Of a stretch of DNA of 64,000 bases, positions 1 through 9,556 are shown in pieces. A program made the translations under genes and the position numbers. The DNA lies in the IMG/VR virus record IMGVR_UViG_3300021426_000068, positions 1 to 64,000 of that record; one strand, 5' to 3'. How positions within the stretch are numbered: the first letter of the stretch is position 1; every line of letters starts with the position of its first letter. Source of the stretch: a virus (Duplodnaviria; Caudoviricetes). The notes below the pieces were generated by a model that was given only the letters and a program-made list of their open reading frames with translations, made no database searches and was not told the DNA's origin.

Positions 1-15
1 GTGCTCTTCCGATCT
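1..15 (+). other. Illumina adapter remnant (assembly artefact)
   Basis: GTGCTCTTCCGATCT is the 3' end of the TruSeq read-2 primer/adapter and sits at the contig edge. Confidence 0.9.
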
Positions 16-356
16 ATATCAAAGTGTGCTACAAAATTTTTAGAGAAAGTGTGCTTTCCATCACTTGTTATATATCTATCCTTGTCTAATGCACCACTCA
101 TCACTATATCCATATCTTTGTCCAATTCGGCATCATATTCATCTATTTCTTCTTGTGTCATACTTGACATTGGACGAAGATAAGGTTTACACTCTTCAAT
201 TGGAGTCGTAAATCCAGCTCCACTCGTAATAGCATTAAGAGGATTAAACCATTCTATAATGTAAATTCTATCGTTAAGAGCATCGTATACTCTTACTCCA
301 TATGGCAACCTTGCACAAAGGTCAATCAATACTAATTGTTTTTCTTCTTGTGTCAT
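16..356 (-). CDS. hypothetical phage protein, truncated at contig end
   Basis: ATG at 356, reads MTQEEKQLVLIDLCARLPYGV...KPYLRPMSSMT..., open up to the adapter; not in the ORF track. Confidence 0.7.
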
Positions 357-563
357 ATCTATTTATTTTTACCAATTTTAAAAAGTTCTTTTCATCTGTT
401 ATATTAAATTAAATTCCCATACATTCTCTATTAAACTTAATAATAGGATTATCACCTATATATTCATTGTTTATCCTATCATAAACAATATGTAAAAACT
501 CTGTAGAAGGGTCATATGGATGTATAAATAATGTTTTCATATTAAAATCTTTGCTGTTTTATA

Positions 564-580
564 TGCAATAACCGTGCCAA
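564..580 (-). promoter_or_regulatory. sigma54-type -24/-12 promoter
   Basis: Minus strand TTGGCACG-GTTA-TTGCA matches the TGGCACG-N4-TTGC consensus. Confidence 0.65.
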
Positions 581-600
581 AGTGACACGGTTATTTAATT

Positions 601-981
601 TTATTGTTTTTCAGTCTTTATTATACAACGTTTTTTACGATATCTTTCAAGACTTCTAATATTTGCTTCATAGTATTCTTTGGCAATTTCCAACAAACCA
701 TTGTAATATGATAGTGCATCTTCTCTGTTTTTAAATATAACACCATCCCATGTTTCATATGAAGAATCAAAGTCTCTACATGTCATGTTTCTAGAATATT
801 TGGCTCTGTGACGATTATTAGTTATAGTATAACTGTTATAACTGTTATAACCATCATGTTCATATACACGTGTTACTTCATATTCATATATTTTTTCTTG
901 TGGAAGTTTTATATCATCTATATTATGTCTGGTGAAAACATAATAAACCTTATCACCAATTTTTAAATTTTTATTATTCAT
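601..981 (-). CDS. hypothetical protein
   Basis: ORF track; likely start MNNKNLKIGDKVYY just after the upstream stop. Confidence 0.7.
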   Translation of the reverse strand: MNNKNLKIGDKVYYVFTRHNIDDIKLPQEKIYEYEVTRVYEHDGYNSYNSYTITNNRHRAKYSRNMTCRDFDSSYETWDGVIFKNREDALSYYNGLLEIAKEYYEANIRSLERYRKKRCIIKTEKQ

Positions 982-982
982 A

Positions 983-2155
983 TTAACTTGCAAAATTATT
1001 AAAATAATTCTTAACCAAAACAACAGGTGTTCCTTTATCACCACTACCAGTAGTCAAATCCATAAGTGAACCTAACAACCAAGTAAAATGACGAGGTGTA
1101 GTACCCTGAGAAGTCATACTTCCAACAAGATTGTTTTTCTTTGAACGTATTTCTTCTTTAATTGCTTCATTAAGTTCTTCGCCACTAAGGTTCTTATACT
1201 TATCGTCAGCAAATGCTTTAATTTTAATTTCATTAGGATAACCATCAAGTCCTGAAGTATATGCAGGACTTACTACAGGGTCAGCAAATTCCCAAATACT
1301 ACTACCAGGTTTTCCGTTTGAAGGACTATGGAAGCAACCATCACCGAAAACCATAACTTCGACAATCTTTCCTGTTTTATCAGCAATTTTTTCTTGAATT
1401 TCTTCAACAACTTTTTGTGCTTTTACCTTGTTAGGAAAAAGTTTAAGTTTCTCTTCAGTTGCTTTATTAGAACCAAGAAGACCATATTCACATTTATCAT
1501 CACAAATATTAGCAAGTGTTAGTTCTGTTTGGTCGAGTGATAAAGTTTTATTATTTGAAAGCCATTCTTTGTAATCATGTAAACCGCAATACAAAAATCC
1601 AATTTTACTACCATGTTTTACATTATAAGAAGAGTCTGGGTTTATCATTTCAAATCTTTTACCTTCTTTTTCACAAATCTCTTTATAATATTCAGTAATG
1701 TTAACACCAGTAAAAGGATTTTTACCCCTTGGGTTTCCTACTTCATCAAAGTCAGGCATAATAATTTTTACTTCATATTTAGCAGCACGTGCAATTGCTT
1801 TGAGAATCATACTAAACCTATTACGTGAGTAAATAGGACTATCTACAATAATAACATCTGGATTATTGAATTTCTTTTTAATATCTTCTGCAATTTCATC
1901 TACTGTTACATAATTTCCCTGTGCTCTTGCTACAACAGATTCAGTAATACCAATAACATCATGATGATTAATATCATAATTATATTGACCAGGTACTTCA
2001 ACTAAACCCTTTACATTTGAATTTGGATTTACAAACTTCTTTCCAAGTTTAGTTGCTTCAAGTACAGAATTAACAACAATATCTACAATATTGTCACCTT
2101 CTTTAATAATAGGGGTTTTGATACCCATGCTAATTACACCAATATTTTCGTTCAT
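983..2155 (-). CDS. F420-0:gamma-glutamyl ligase (CofE-like) family protein
   Basis: [40 protein letters not shown] motifs. Confidence 0.75.
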   Translation of the reverse strand: MNENIGVISMGIKTPIIKEGDNIVDIVVNSVLEATKLGKKFVNPNSNVKGLVEVPGQYNYDINHHDVIGITESVVARAQGNYVTVDEIAEDIKKKFNNPDVIIVDSPIYSRNRFSMILKAIARAAKYEVKIIMPDFDEVGNPRGKNPFTGVNITEYYKEICEKEGKRFEMINPDSSYNVKHGSKIGFLYCGLHDYKEWLSNNKTLSLDQTELTLANICDDKCEYGLLGSNKATEEKLKLFPNKVKAQKVVEEIQEKIADKTGKIVEVMVFGDGCFHSPSNGKPGSSIWEFADPVVSPAYTSGLDGYPNEIKIKAFADDKYKNLSGEELNEAIKEEIRSKKNNLVGSMTSQGTTPRHFTWLLGSLMDLTTGSGDKGTPVVLVKNYFNNFAS

Positions 2156-2201
2156 AATATTAATTTTTTAACCAATAGCAAATATACAAAAATTATACCA
2201 A

Positions 2202-2828
2202 TTAATCAATATCTTTTAAAGTATTTTTATTTTTTGAATAAACTATTATCCAACCAATGTCATCAATAATACAACATATTGCCCAAATAAATAATGCTGT
2301 TTTTAATGAAGGCATAAATAGTAATGCAGCAGTAAAACCAATAATACAAACTATACCAACAATAACATCATGATTATTATCATATATTTCACGTTCTTTT
2401 TCTACCCATAATTTTGCTTTAAATGTCATAATACATTTACTAACAAATGTTGTAATAAACGAAGAATATATTAATGAGACGATGGCAAATACCCAAACAT
2501 TATAATGAATAAAAACTAAAAACAAACCAAGTAAGCAACCTAAGACAGATTCTGTTATTGCAAAAACTAAAAAATGTTTAGTTACACCTTTCCTTATTCC
2601 ACCTTTCCAAATCATACCAACAACTAATCCTGCAATAGACCCTGCTAATGATTCAAATGCAATCCATTGGGCTGGAAGATTTGTATAAACCTCTTTAACA
2701 ATAGCAGGATTAATATATGTAATTAATAAACCTGAAATAAAAAGACTTAATAAAATCCATTTTTGATTTTTATCAGGGTGAACATTTATTAAGTCTAAAA
2801 TATATTTTCCAATGTTTTTAAAATTCAT
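2202..2828 (-). CDS. multi-pass membrane protein (MFS half-like)
   Basis: About 6 hydrophobic segments. Confidence 0.7.
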   Translation of the reverse strand: MNFKNIGKYILDLINVHPDKNQKWILLSLFISGLLITYINPAIVKEVYTNLPAQWIAFESLAGSIAGLVVGMIWKGGIRKGVTKHFLVFAITESVLGCLLGLFLVFIHYNVWVFAIVSLIYSSFITTFVSKCIMTFKAKLWVEKEREIYDNNHDVIVGIVCIIGFTAALLFMPSLKTALFIWAICCIIDDIGWIIVYSKNKNTLKDID

Positions 2829-2894
2829 TCTGATATAATTTTTTAATCATTGCAAATATACAAAAAAATAAAGAGAAATCAAAATGACTTCTCT

Positions 2895-3944
2895 TTATCT
2901 ATAATATTTTTCAGTATTTATAACCCTTTCTATTGCACTTTCACTCCACTTAGGAAAACGTTCTCTTATTTTAGCCTTTAAATCGTCTTTAGTGACATTT
3001 TTAACCTCAAAGGTGTTGCCTTGTACTGTTGTAAACATAAAGTGTCTTATAAGCGAGTTTTGTGGCTTTTCTGACGAAGTTTGCTGTATTGGTTCTGTTG
3101 ATAAAACTGTTTTTGTTACATAATTGTCTAATTCTTTAACAAATGGTTTATTTTGTATTTCCCAATATCTATATGTTGTACAAGCTTTATTATAACCATT
3201 TTCAAAAACAATTTTCTTTAAATTATTATCAGTAGAAATTTTTATTTCTTTAACTTTATTATTTCCAATATATTTGTTGTTATTATAATTATATATAATT
3301 AAGTCAACTAGTTTCATACTGTTAGCATTAATTAAACGAATTTCACCATTTTGCATGAAAATAAACATCAAAATAATTCTGTTTTCTTTATTTTGTTTTC
3401 TTATATCATTTTTAGCCTTAATATCAGCATCTAACTCCATTTCGTTCATTTGTTCAGCAGAAGCAATGCGTTCAACAGTAAAAATACCATCAGATTTTGA
3501 TGAAACTATTGCTGCAATTGTTCTAAATTCTCTACCATGTGCCTGTTTAGGATAATAACCATACATTTCACAATAATAATGACACATTTCATGTACTAAT
3601 GTTGATAATGCAGCCTTTTCTGTCCATCTATAATTACCATTTAACTTAATATATGGAATACAAATATCAAAAAAATTATCATAATCAACATATTCTTTGT
3701 AACCCCAATTATCAAGTAAATAAATCTGTCTAGTCTTTCTACTGTATTTTAACCCCTTTCTAGTTAAACAAAACCAACCAAGAATACCTCCATTTGAACC
3801 TTTTCCTGTTTTAAATATATCAAAATGACATGGTGGTAATTTTCCATCAAAAAGAAGACGATTCATTTTGATGTAATTATCAGCCATCCATTTAGTATCT
3901 GGAATAAATAAATTATTTTCTTCTATTTCATTTAATAACTTCAT
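2895..3944 (-). CDS. SprT-like zinc metalloprotease domain protein
   Basis: TLVHEMCHYY...AHGREF (HExxH + HG..F). Confidence 0.75.
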   Translation of the reverse strand: MKLLNEIEENNLFIPDTKWMADNYIKMNRLLFDGKLPPCHFDIFKTGKGSNGGILGWFCLTRKGLKYSRKTRQIYLLDNWGYKEYVDYDNFFDICIPYIKLNGNYRWTEKAALSTLVHEMCHYYCEMYGYYPKQAHGREFRTIAAIVSSKSDGIFTVERIASAEQMNEMELDADIKAKNDIRKQNKENRIILMFIFMQNGEIRLINANSMKLVDLIIYNYNNNKYIGNNKVKEIKISTDNNLKKIVFENGYNKACTTYRYWEIQNKPFVKELDNYVTKTVLSTEPIQQTSSEKPQNSLIRHFMFTTVQGNTFEVKNVTKDDLKAKIRERFPKWSESAIERVINTEKYYR

Positions 3945-4005
3945 AAAAAAAAATCTTCTTAATAATAAATATTAAGAAGATTACAAATTCTATGCCATAT
4001 TGTTT

Positions 4006-4356
4006 TTACTTAGTCTTAGGTTCAACTGATTTTCCACGAATAATATTTTCAAGTGCATCAAAGATAGATGAAATTGCTTTCCAATCGTAAAATCCGTTTG
4101 CTGCACCACCTGCAAGTAAACCAGCAACAGCACCAACCACATATTCCCAAACCACAGGAAGACCAAATGTTAAACCACCTGTTGCAACAAAACCTAACGC
4201 TATAACAACTGCAACAATCCAAGAAATCAAATGTCTTACCCAAGCAGTATCAATCTTGAAAATACCATTGATTACTGAAGTAAGTGTTGTTGTACCAACA
4301 ATAATAGAAGGAACAGCAATTAAAAGCTGTGATACCAATGTTGTGATAACTACCAT
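4006..4356 (-). CDS. small membrane protein (holin-like)
   Basis: 3 TM helices, GGAANGFYD, basic C-terminus. Confidence 0.5.
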   Translation of the reverse strand: MVVITTLVSQLLIAVPSIIVGTTTLTSVINGIFKIDTAWVRHLISWIVAVVIALGFVATGGLTFGLPVVWEYVVGAVAGLLAGGAANGFYDWKAISSIFDALENIIRGKSVEPKTK

Positions 4357-4417
4357 AATTTTTTGTTTTTATTTTATTATTATTTGATAAATATTATATA
4401 ATGTTTAAAAATTAGTG

Positions 4418-4509
4418 CGGAGGATACAGGATTCGAACCTGTGCGCCCATTTTTCTATGGACCTAGCGGTTTAGCAAACCGCCCCCTTCAGCCACTTGGG
4501 TAATCCTCC
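4418..4509 (-). tRNA. tRNA-Ser(GCT)
   Basis: GCGGT-TT GCT AA-ACCGC, long variable arm, G73. Confidence 0.93.
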
Positions 4510-4695
4510 GTTTTTTAAATATAAAATAGCCCCATTACGGTTACAAACCCTGGCAGACGAATACCGTACCTTTTTACTAATAATTTCCGTTTCTGCATAC
4601 ACTGTCCGTATTATTAAAAGTATCTGCTTACTCGCTAATGTGTTTATACTCACTTACTATTTATATTTATTAATAAATCACATGCCAAGTCGGGG

Positions 4696-4784
4696 AGTAC
4701 GTGACAGGATTCGAACCTGCATGGATGCTTTCACACCACTAGACGGTTTTGCAGACCGTTGCCTAACCACTCGACCACACGTAC
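4696..4784 (-). tRNA. tRNA-Cys(GCA) with long variable arm
   Basis: ACGGT-CT GCA AA-ACCGT, U73, 22-nt variable region. Confidence 0.85.
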
Positions 4785-4936
4785 ATAAAAAAAACAGGCT
4801 TTCAGAACCATCAGCACCTGTTACGAGTAGGATTATCTTTAGTCCCTACAGCAGACTCTTCATGTGTCTGTGTTCCACCAAGAGTTGTTGAGCGTTTCTT
4901 CAACACAAGTTCTAACTCAACGAGATAATTCTAAAA

Positions 4937-5254
4937 AATCAAATCTTTACTACATCATCTACTTGATATAACCTCGGCTTTCGGAGCATCATTCTACCAT
5001 CTTTCGAAGGAATGACTCTACACGAGGATTGCATTATCATTGGCTTATTTCCGCAGAAATTACCGATTTTACACCTCAGAGGTAAATGCATCTCTTATGA
5101 TTTATAGATTATATTCATAAGTACAAATTCGTATGACAACCCGACACTTTGGAACGGTTTCTTATTACGTATGTTAATGGCCACTTACATACCCGATTAC
5201 TCATATCCATTTGGCAAGGTCCTATATTAAAAATTACTAGGACAAGATTTGATT
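4937..5254 (-). ncRNA. candidate structured ncRNA (~318 nt)
   Basis: 11-bp terminal inverted repeat AATCAAATCTT, GC-richer interior, no ORF, within the tRNA array. Confidence 0.45.
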
Positions 5255-5293
5255 ATGCTTAACAAAGAAATGTTAAGGGGGAATATATTTCAA

Positions 5294-5359
5294 CAGAAAT
5301 CATTTTTACACGCTATCGAATTGGATGTTCAATAAATAAAAAATTGCTGTTAGATTTCT
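5294..5359 (-). ncRNA. ACAGCAA stem module RNA (copy 1)
   Basis: AGAAATC-TA-ACAGCAA...GATTTCT-G. Confidence 0.6.
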
Positions 5360-5369
5360 TAAAAATTAC

Positions 5370-5528
5370 TGGAGCCGAGAACAGGATTCGAACCTGCAAC
5401 CCCCTGATTAGGCAAGGTAGATAGAGTTGAACTATCATTTGCATTTCACCACTTTTAATACCCTGCAATCTGTCTCAGTAGATTATTCTGTATCAAGTCA
5501 GGTGCTCTACCGTTAAAGCTACCTCGGC
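5370..5528 (-). tRNA. tRNA-Thr(TGT) interrupted by an 83-nt insert (5411-5493)
   Basis: CCTGA-CTTG|insert|TAA-TCAGG, acceptor GCCGAGG/TCTCGGC, U73, CCA encoded. Confidence 0.85.
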
Positions 5529-5540
5529 CTATTATTTTAT

Positions 5541-5653
5541 CAGAAAACGTTGTTTTAAAATAAACCAAATTTTTGTTTATCACTTCGTAAAGTGATAAAA
5601 CAGTTGGAATCGAACCGACAATTTTTAACAAAAAAATTTGCTGTTTGTTTTCT
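5541..5653 (-). ncRNA. ACAGCAA module enclosing a permuted tRNA-like fold (copy 2)
   Basis: AGAAAAC-AA-ACAGCAA, T-arm GTCGG-TTCGATT-CCAAC, capped acceptor-like hairpin, D-like arm AAAA-TTTGGTTTA-TTTT, GTTTTCT-G. Confidence 0.65.
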
Positions 5654-5717
5654 TGTTACAAATATATAAATAAATAATATAAAAAACAAAATAATTTTAA
5701 TTTATTTATAATTTTTG

Positions 5718-5791
5718 GGTGAATGGTGGGAATCGAACCCACGTAGACAAGAACCACAATCTTGCGCCTAAACCACTCGGCCACATTCACC
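5718..5791 (-). tRNA. tRNA-His(GTG)
   Basis: CAAGA-TT GTG GT-TCTTG, encoded G-1 and C73. Confidence 0.93.
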
Positions 5792-5949
5792 ATATATACA
5801 GATTTTTTTGGTTTAACGTATATTCCGATGTATCTGCAAAATCACTACACGGGCCAGTTCCTCTCCGTTTCGCACCTTATTGGCCAGGTGTCGTAGTATG
5901 TACCATACTTCTACTACGCTGTTCCAGTTAGGTATGGATGGTAAAAGTC

Positions 5950-6139
5950 AATAATTATAGTTAAGTGCCCTTATTACCGCCTTACTCCCTTAATGTTTAG
6001 AATATTACTATCGTGCTACACCTTGGTTTTATGCATCTGGAGTTATCATATAGTGTTATACATTATATGAACGAACATGGGAGGATACTTTCATTTGCAA
6101 CCATGAACTTTGTCCACTAAACTTTTTACTATAATTATT
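5950..6139 (-). ncRNA. candidate structured ncRNA (~190 nt)
   Basis: 12-bp terminal inverted repeat AATAATTATAGT directly 3' of tRNA-Gly(GCC). Confidence 0.4.
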
Positions 6140-6141
6140 TG

Positions 6142-6215
6142 AGCAGTAGATGAGACTCGAACTCACAACCTTGACATTGGCAATGTCACTATCTAACCAA
6201 TTGATATACTACTGC
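6142..6215 (-). tRNA. tRNA-Gly(GCC)
   Basis: TGACA-TT GCC AA-TGTCA, U73. Confidence 0.92.
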
Positions 6216-6415
6216 ATTTACAGGTACGTAAACGAAATACCCTCAGAATTTCCCAATAGTTTATAGTTTAAAGACCTAAAACTATTAACTGGCTACTTCA
6301 CACCTACGAAAAACAGTCTCTTTTACCTAGGATTAGCACCCCTGTACGGTGATTGATGCTATATTACCGATGGTTATTGTACGTTACACCAAAAAGAACG
6401 TGTCTGTTTACTAAG

Positions 6416-6487
6416 AGCAGGTGAACAGAATCGAACTGTCATCCTCAGCTTGGAAGGCTGACGCACTAACCGTTGTGCTACACCTGC
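6416..6487 (-). tRNA. tRNA-Gly(TCC)
   Basis: TCAGC-CT TCC AA-GCTGA, U73. Confidence 0.93.
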
Positions 6488-6922
6488 ATAGTTGGAATTA
6501 TCGTATTCCAAAAACGTCAGAGTTTCACTGAAGGTTTTATAGCGTAAATTTTACCTCTATAAAGATATCACTACGTTTACGCAAACTCACAGTTCTTATA
6601 GTGATAATAATATTTAATGTTAAGCAACCATATCGTCTATGTTCTGCTTGTTTTATCATGGCCTTGGAAATGTTTGGGAATCGTCATTCACTTGACATTT
6701 TCCTTTCGGAACTTACTATGGTCTGTACCATGTTTTAACATTAAAATTTTAATTTTTCACAGATTAAATTTAACTGTATTGATGAAGGTTTTTAAAACTG
6801 TTATTATTTACTTTGCTAGCGTTCTTCAATAAAACAGAAAGAAATATCTCTTAAGAAACCTCTAGAATGTTCTTAACCTACGGAATCAGACACCTTCTAA
6901 ACCGTAATTCCTTTTACATTAA

Positions 6923-7129
6923 TTATCTATCAATTAAAACATTCTTTAATTGTTTGAATTCTCTTTTATCTTCTTTGTTTTTCTTCACTAATCTATCAAT
7001 TTTATCATCTTTACTACCACAATGCCTATCGTAAAATTTCTTTACTTTAAATGGGTAATCTTCAAAATCTTCACCGTAAATACCATGCTTAGATTTTGCT
7101 TTTTCAGAATGTAAATAAGTTTTTGACAT
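6923..7129 (-). CDS. small basic hypothetical protein
   Basis: ORF track; A-rich start context. Confidence 0.6.
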   Translation of the reverse strand: MSKTYLHSEKAKSKHGIYGEDFEDYPFKVKKFYDRHCGSKDDKIDRLVKKNKEDKREFKQLKNVLIDR

Positions 7130-7158
7130 AATTTTTATTTATTAAAATTAAATTTTTG

Positions 7159-7235
7159 TCGGGATGGCAGGAATTGAACCTGCATGTAACCAATTACACT
7201 TTCAACTCCTTATCAGGGAGAGGTGATACATCCCG
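7159..7235 (-). ncRNA. arm-shuffled tRNA-Ile(GAT)-like RNA
   Basis: CGGGATG acceptor, then CTCC-CT GAT AA-GGAG, then D-loop-like GTAATTGGTTAC, then T-arm GCAGG-TTCAATT-CCTGC, CATCCCG-A. Confidence 0.7.
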
Positions 7236-7246
7236 TTCATTTTTTG

Positions 7247-7369
7247 TTGAGAGTAGAGGAATCGAACCTCTGGCACGTCTTTATGATAGAATTGCTGTTA
7301 AATTGCTGTCTGTTTTTATTACGAAAAACGTTTTTTGCTTTTCGTATGTTACCACTACACCAACTCTCA
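7247..7369 (-). ncRNA. tRNA body with ACAGCAA module in the anticodon arm (copy 3)
   Basis: Normal acceptor, D and T arms; anticodon arm replaced by GTTTTTC-G-TAAT-AAAAAC-AG-ACAGCAA-TTTA-ACAGCAA plus a small TCT-ATCATAA-AGA hairpin. Confidence 0.7.
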
Positions 7370-7491
7370 ATATAAGTGGTTCATTACAATAAGGTTACAA
7401 CCGCTAAAAAAACCTAAATAGAATAGCAATCCTGCTCTAACGCTGCTTACGCATTTACTAAATTACATCATTCCTACCTGATAACTATTTG

Positions 7492-7612
7492 TGCGGAAGA
7501 ATGGATTCGAACCACTGACACAAAGATTTCCCAAAAACAAAAATTGCTGTTAATTTTTATATTCTAAAAATATTTCTTTAACTTTTGCTCTACCAGACTG
7601 AGCTACTTCCGC
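7492..7612 (-). ncRNA. tRNA-Phe-like body with ACAGCAA module in the anticodon arm (copy 4)
   Basis: GCGGAAG/CTTCCGC-A, normal D and T arms; AAAG...ATTTTTA-G-AATA-TAAAAAT-TA-ACAGCAA...GAA-AT-CTTT. Confidence 0.7.
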
Positions 7613-7814
7613 AATATAGTGAAATTGTATTCAATGTGTAAACATCAAATACCATACTTTCAGTTGTTTAACATTTCAAACTGTAAACCTCGGCTTTCAC
7701 TAAACCTACATGGTAAAAATAGTTTTAAGAAGTAACGTTAACTCTTCCTTAGCCATCTTATTTTAGTAGTATTATGACACTGCTACAATCACTTTAAGTA
7801 CTATTTGTGATTTG

Positions 7815-7899
7815 TCGGAATGATGGGATTCGAACCCATAAGCCCATTACAGGCACAAGTTCCTTAGACTTGCGTGTCTACCAATTGCACCACATTCCG
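7815..7899 (-). tRNA. tRNA-Leu(AAG)
   Basis: CAAGT-CT AAG GA-ACTTG, long variable arm, A73. Confidence 0.88.
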
Positions 7900-8168
7900 A
7901 TGGTGTTATACTTTTGTCACGGTTATATCCTTCTTTGCTTATTGCCACTTTAGATTATACTAAAGACAAAGGGTGTTATAACTTAGTAGGCTTAACAAAC
8001 CTAGTTCATCTTTTTATTGGTTCATGCATGTCCGCTACAATGTAAAAAAGATGTTCCCGATTGAAAAAACACTTATTGAAATCTTATACTGCTAAACGGC
8101 CATTTAGCAAAGATTTCTCACAACAGTGACAGGAATGGCCTGTTGAACCCCTTGTTCCTGTCTTTCAG

Positions 8169-8364
8169 TACTGGGTAGGGGAATCGAACCCCTATTACAA
8201 GAATGAGAGATTGTTGTAAGAGTTGAACTTACTCGTGGAGTTTTTCTATCCACTTCACCACTTTATTGGTACAACGACTTTCCTGTATTCGTCAAACAAT
8301 CTTTTAATTTGTTCAGGTTTATTCCTGTATAAATCTTGTGTACTAACCTTTATACGAACCCAGT
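8169..8364 (-). tRNA. tRNA-Glu (TTC or CTC) interrupted by a ~124-nt insert (8207-8330)
   Basis: CAAGA-TTT|insert|TCAT-TCTTG; a 1-nt junction shift gives CTC. Confidence 0.8.
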
Positions 8365-8385
8365 TTTTTAATTAAGATTTATAAG

Positions 8386-8458
8386 TAGCGCATTGCGGAT
8401 TCGAACCGCAGTGAAAGGACTGAAAATCCCTCATCCTGAACCACTAGATGAATGCGCC
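8386..8458 (-). tRNA. tRNA-Glu(TTC)
   Basis: AGGGA-TT TTC AG-TCCTT. Confidence 0.92.
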
Positions 8459-8466
8459 ATTATTCG

Positions 8467-8539
<73 letters not shown>

Positions 8540-8810
8540 ATAAAACCATACTTTAAAATCCTTTATCGAACACTTGTATGGTAATGACAAAACACGTCAG
8601 TTTTCACAGTCATATATCACTGATGGATTGTTTTACTTAAGTCATGACAAACTTAAAACTAAATAAAATTTAGAAATGATTTCTATGCATAGTATGTTAT
8701 TTCCCTTTTCTTTTGTTACTGTTTTTATTTTTATACTACTTAAAAACACTAGTAATCCAAATCGCAAATAACAAGTGACAGCCAAAAGTTATAAAAATTG
8801 TAGTTTATAT

Positions 8811-8929
8811 CGGAAAGCAATTGTTTTACATCCTTTAGGATGGGGTTGGACTTGAACCAACGAACCTCTCATGTTTTCATTTTTAGTGAAAAATGTTAAA
8901 CCATAAAAGTAAATTGCTGTATACTTTCC
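8811..8929 (-). ncRNA. ACAGCAA module enclosing a T-arm and capped hairpin (copy 5)
   Basis: GGAAAGT-AT-ACAGCAA...GTTGG-TTCAAGT-CCAAC, CATCC-TAAA-GGATG...GCTTTCC-G. Confidence 0.6.
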
Positions 8930-8936
8930 TATTTTG

Positions 8937-9008
8937 CGGTCGGTACGAGAATCGAACTCGTGTCTCCAGAGCGACAATCTGGAAGGATAACCACTACCCC
9001 AACCGACC
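8937..9008 (-). tRNA. tRNA-Asp(GTC)
   Basis: CCAGA-TT GTC GC-TCTGG, G73. Confidence 0.92.
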
Positions 9009-9073
9009 GTTTTTAATCTTTTTTACAAATATACAATAAATATATTTAAAAAACAATAAAAATATAAAATTTG

Positions 9074-9141
9074 TACCTCATGCGGATTCGAACCAGTCCT
9101 TCCTATTCCTGTAGGACGTGCTACCCTTACACCATAGAGAT
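9074..9141 (-). pseudogene. degenerate tRNA-like element
   Basis: D arm and GGTTCGAATCC present, but 6-nt anticodon loop (CAGGAA) and imperfect T and acceptor stems. Confidence 0.5.
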
Positions 9142-9473
9142 TCTGATTTAACAGACACATTAATGTGTTTCGAACCAAATTAATATGCCACCAAGTTTAA
9201 TATACTATACTTAAATATTATAATAATAAAAAACTAAGTTAATTATTATTTGATTTAAGTCACTACTTGCAAGATTTATGTAATTATAAATTATAATACT
9301 AGCGACAAACTTGGAAACGCAATTTAAAGCATTATAATATATTAAGAGCATCATATTAATTTGCAACTTAATATGAATTGTTACTTGCTGTTTTAATTTA
9401 AACTATAACCCCATGTCTCCCTCGAATATGCATTGACTAGTTACATACTTGTGGATTCTTCAAGTATCTCTCG

Positions 9474-9556
9474 TGGGTAGGGGAGGATTCGAACCTCCGA
9501 AGCCGTAGGGCGTCAGATTTACAGTCTGATGCGTTTGACCACTTCGCTACCTACCC
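9474..9556 (-). tRNA. tRNA-Tyr(GTA)
   Basis: TCAGA-CT GTA AA-TCTGA, long variable arm. Confidence 0.95.

Noticed and set aside
1-183. ORF 1..183 (+)
   Set aside because: Starts in adapter sequence and is antisense to a more credible minus-strand gene
5411-5493. Reading the Thr gene as tRNA-Arg(TCT) by shifting the junction
   Set aside because: The G1-C2-C3 acceptor with U73 fits Thr, and an intact Arg(TCT) exists at 12018
9190-9470. tmRNA or a ninth ACAGCAA module
   Set aside because: ACAGCAA occurs at ~9385, but I found no flanking 7-bp stem, no Ala-type acceptor ends and no convincing tag ORF
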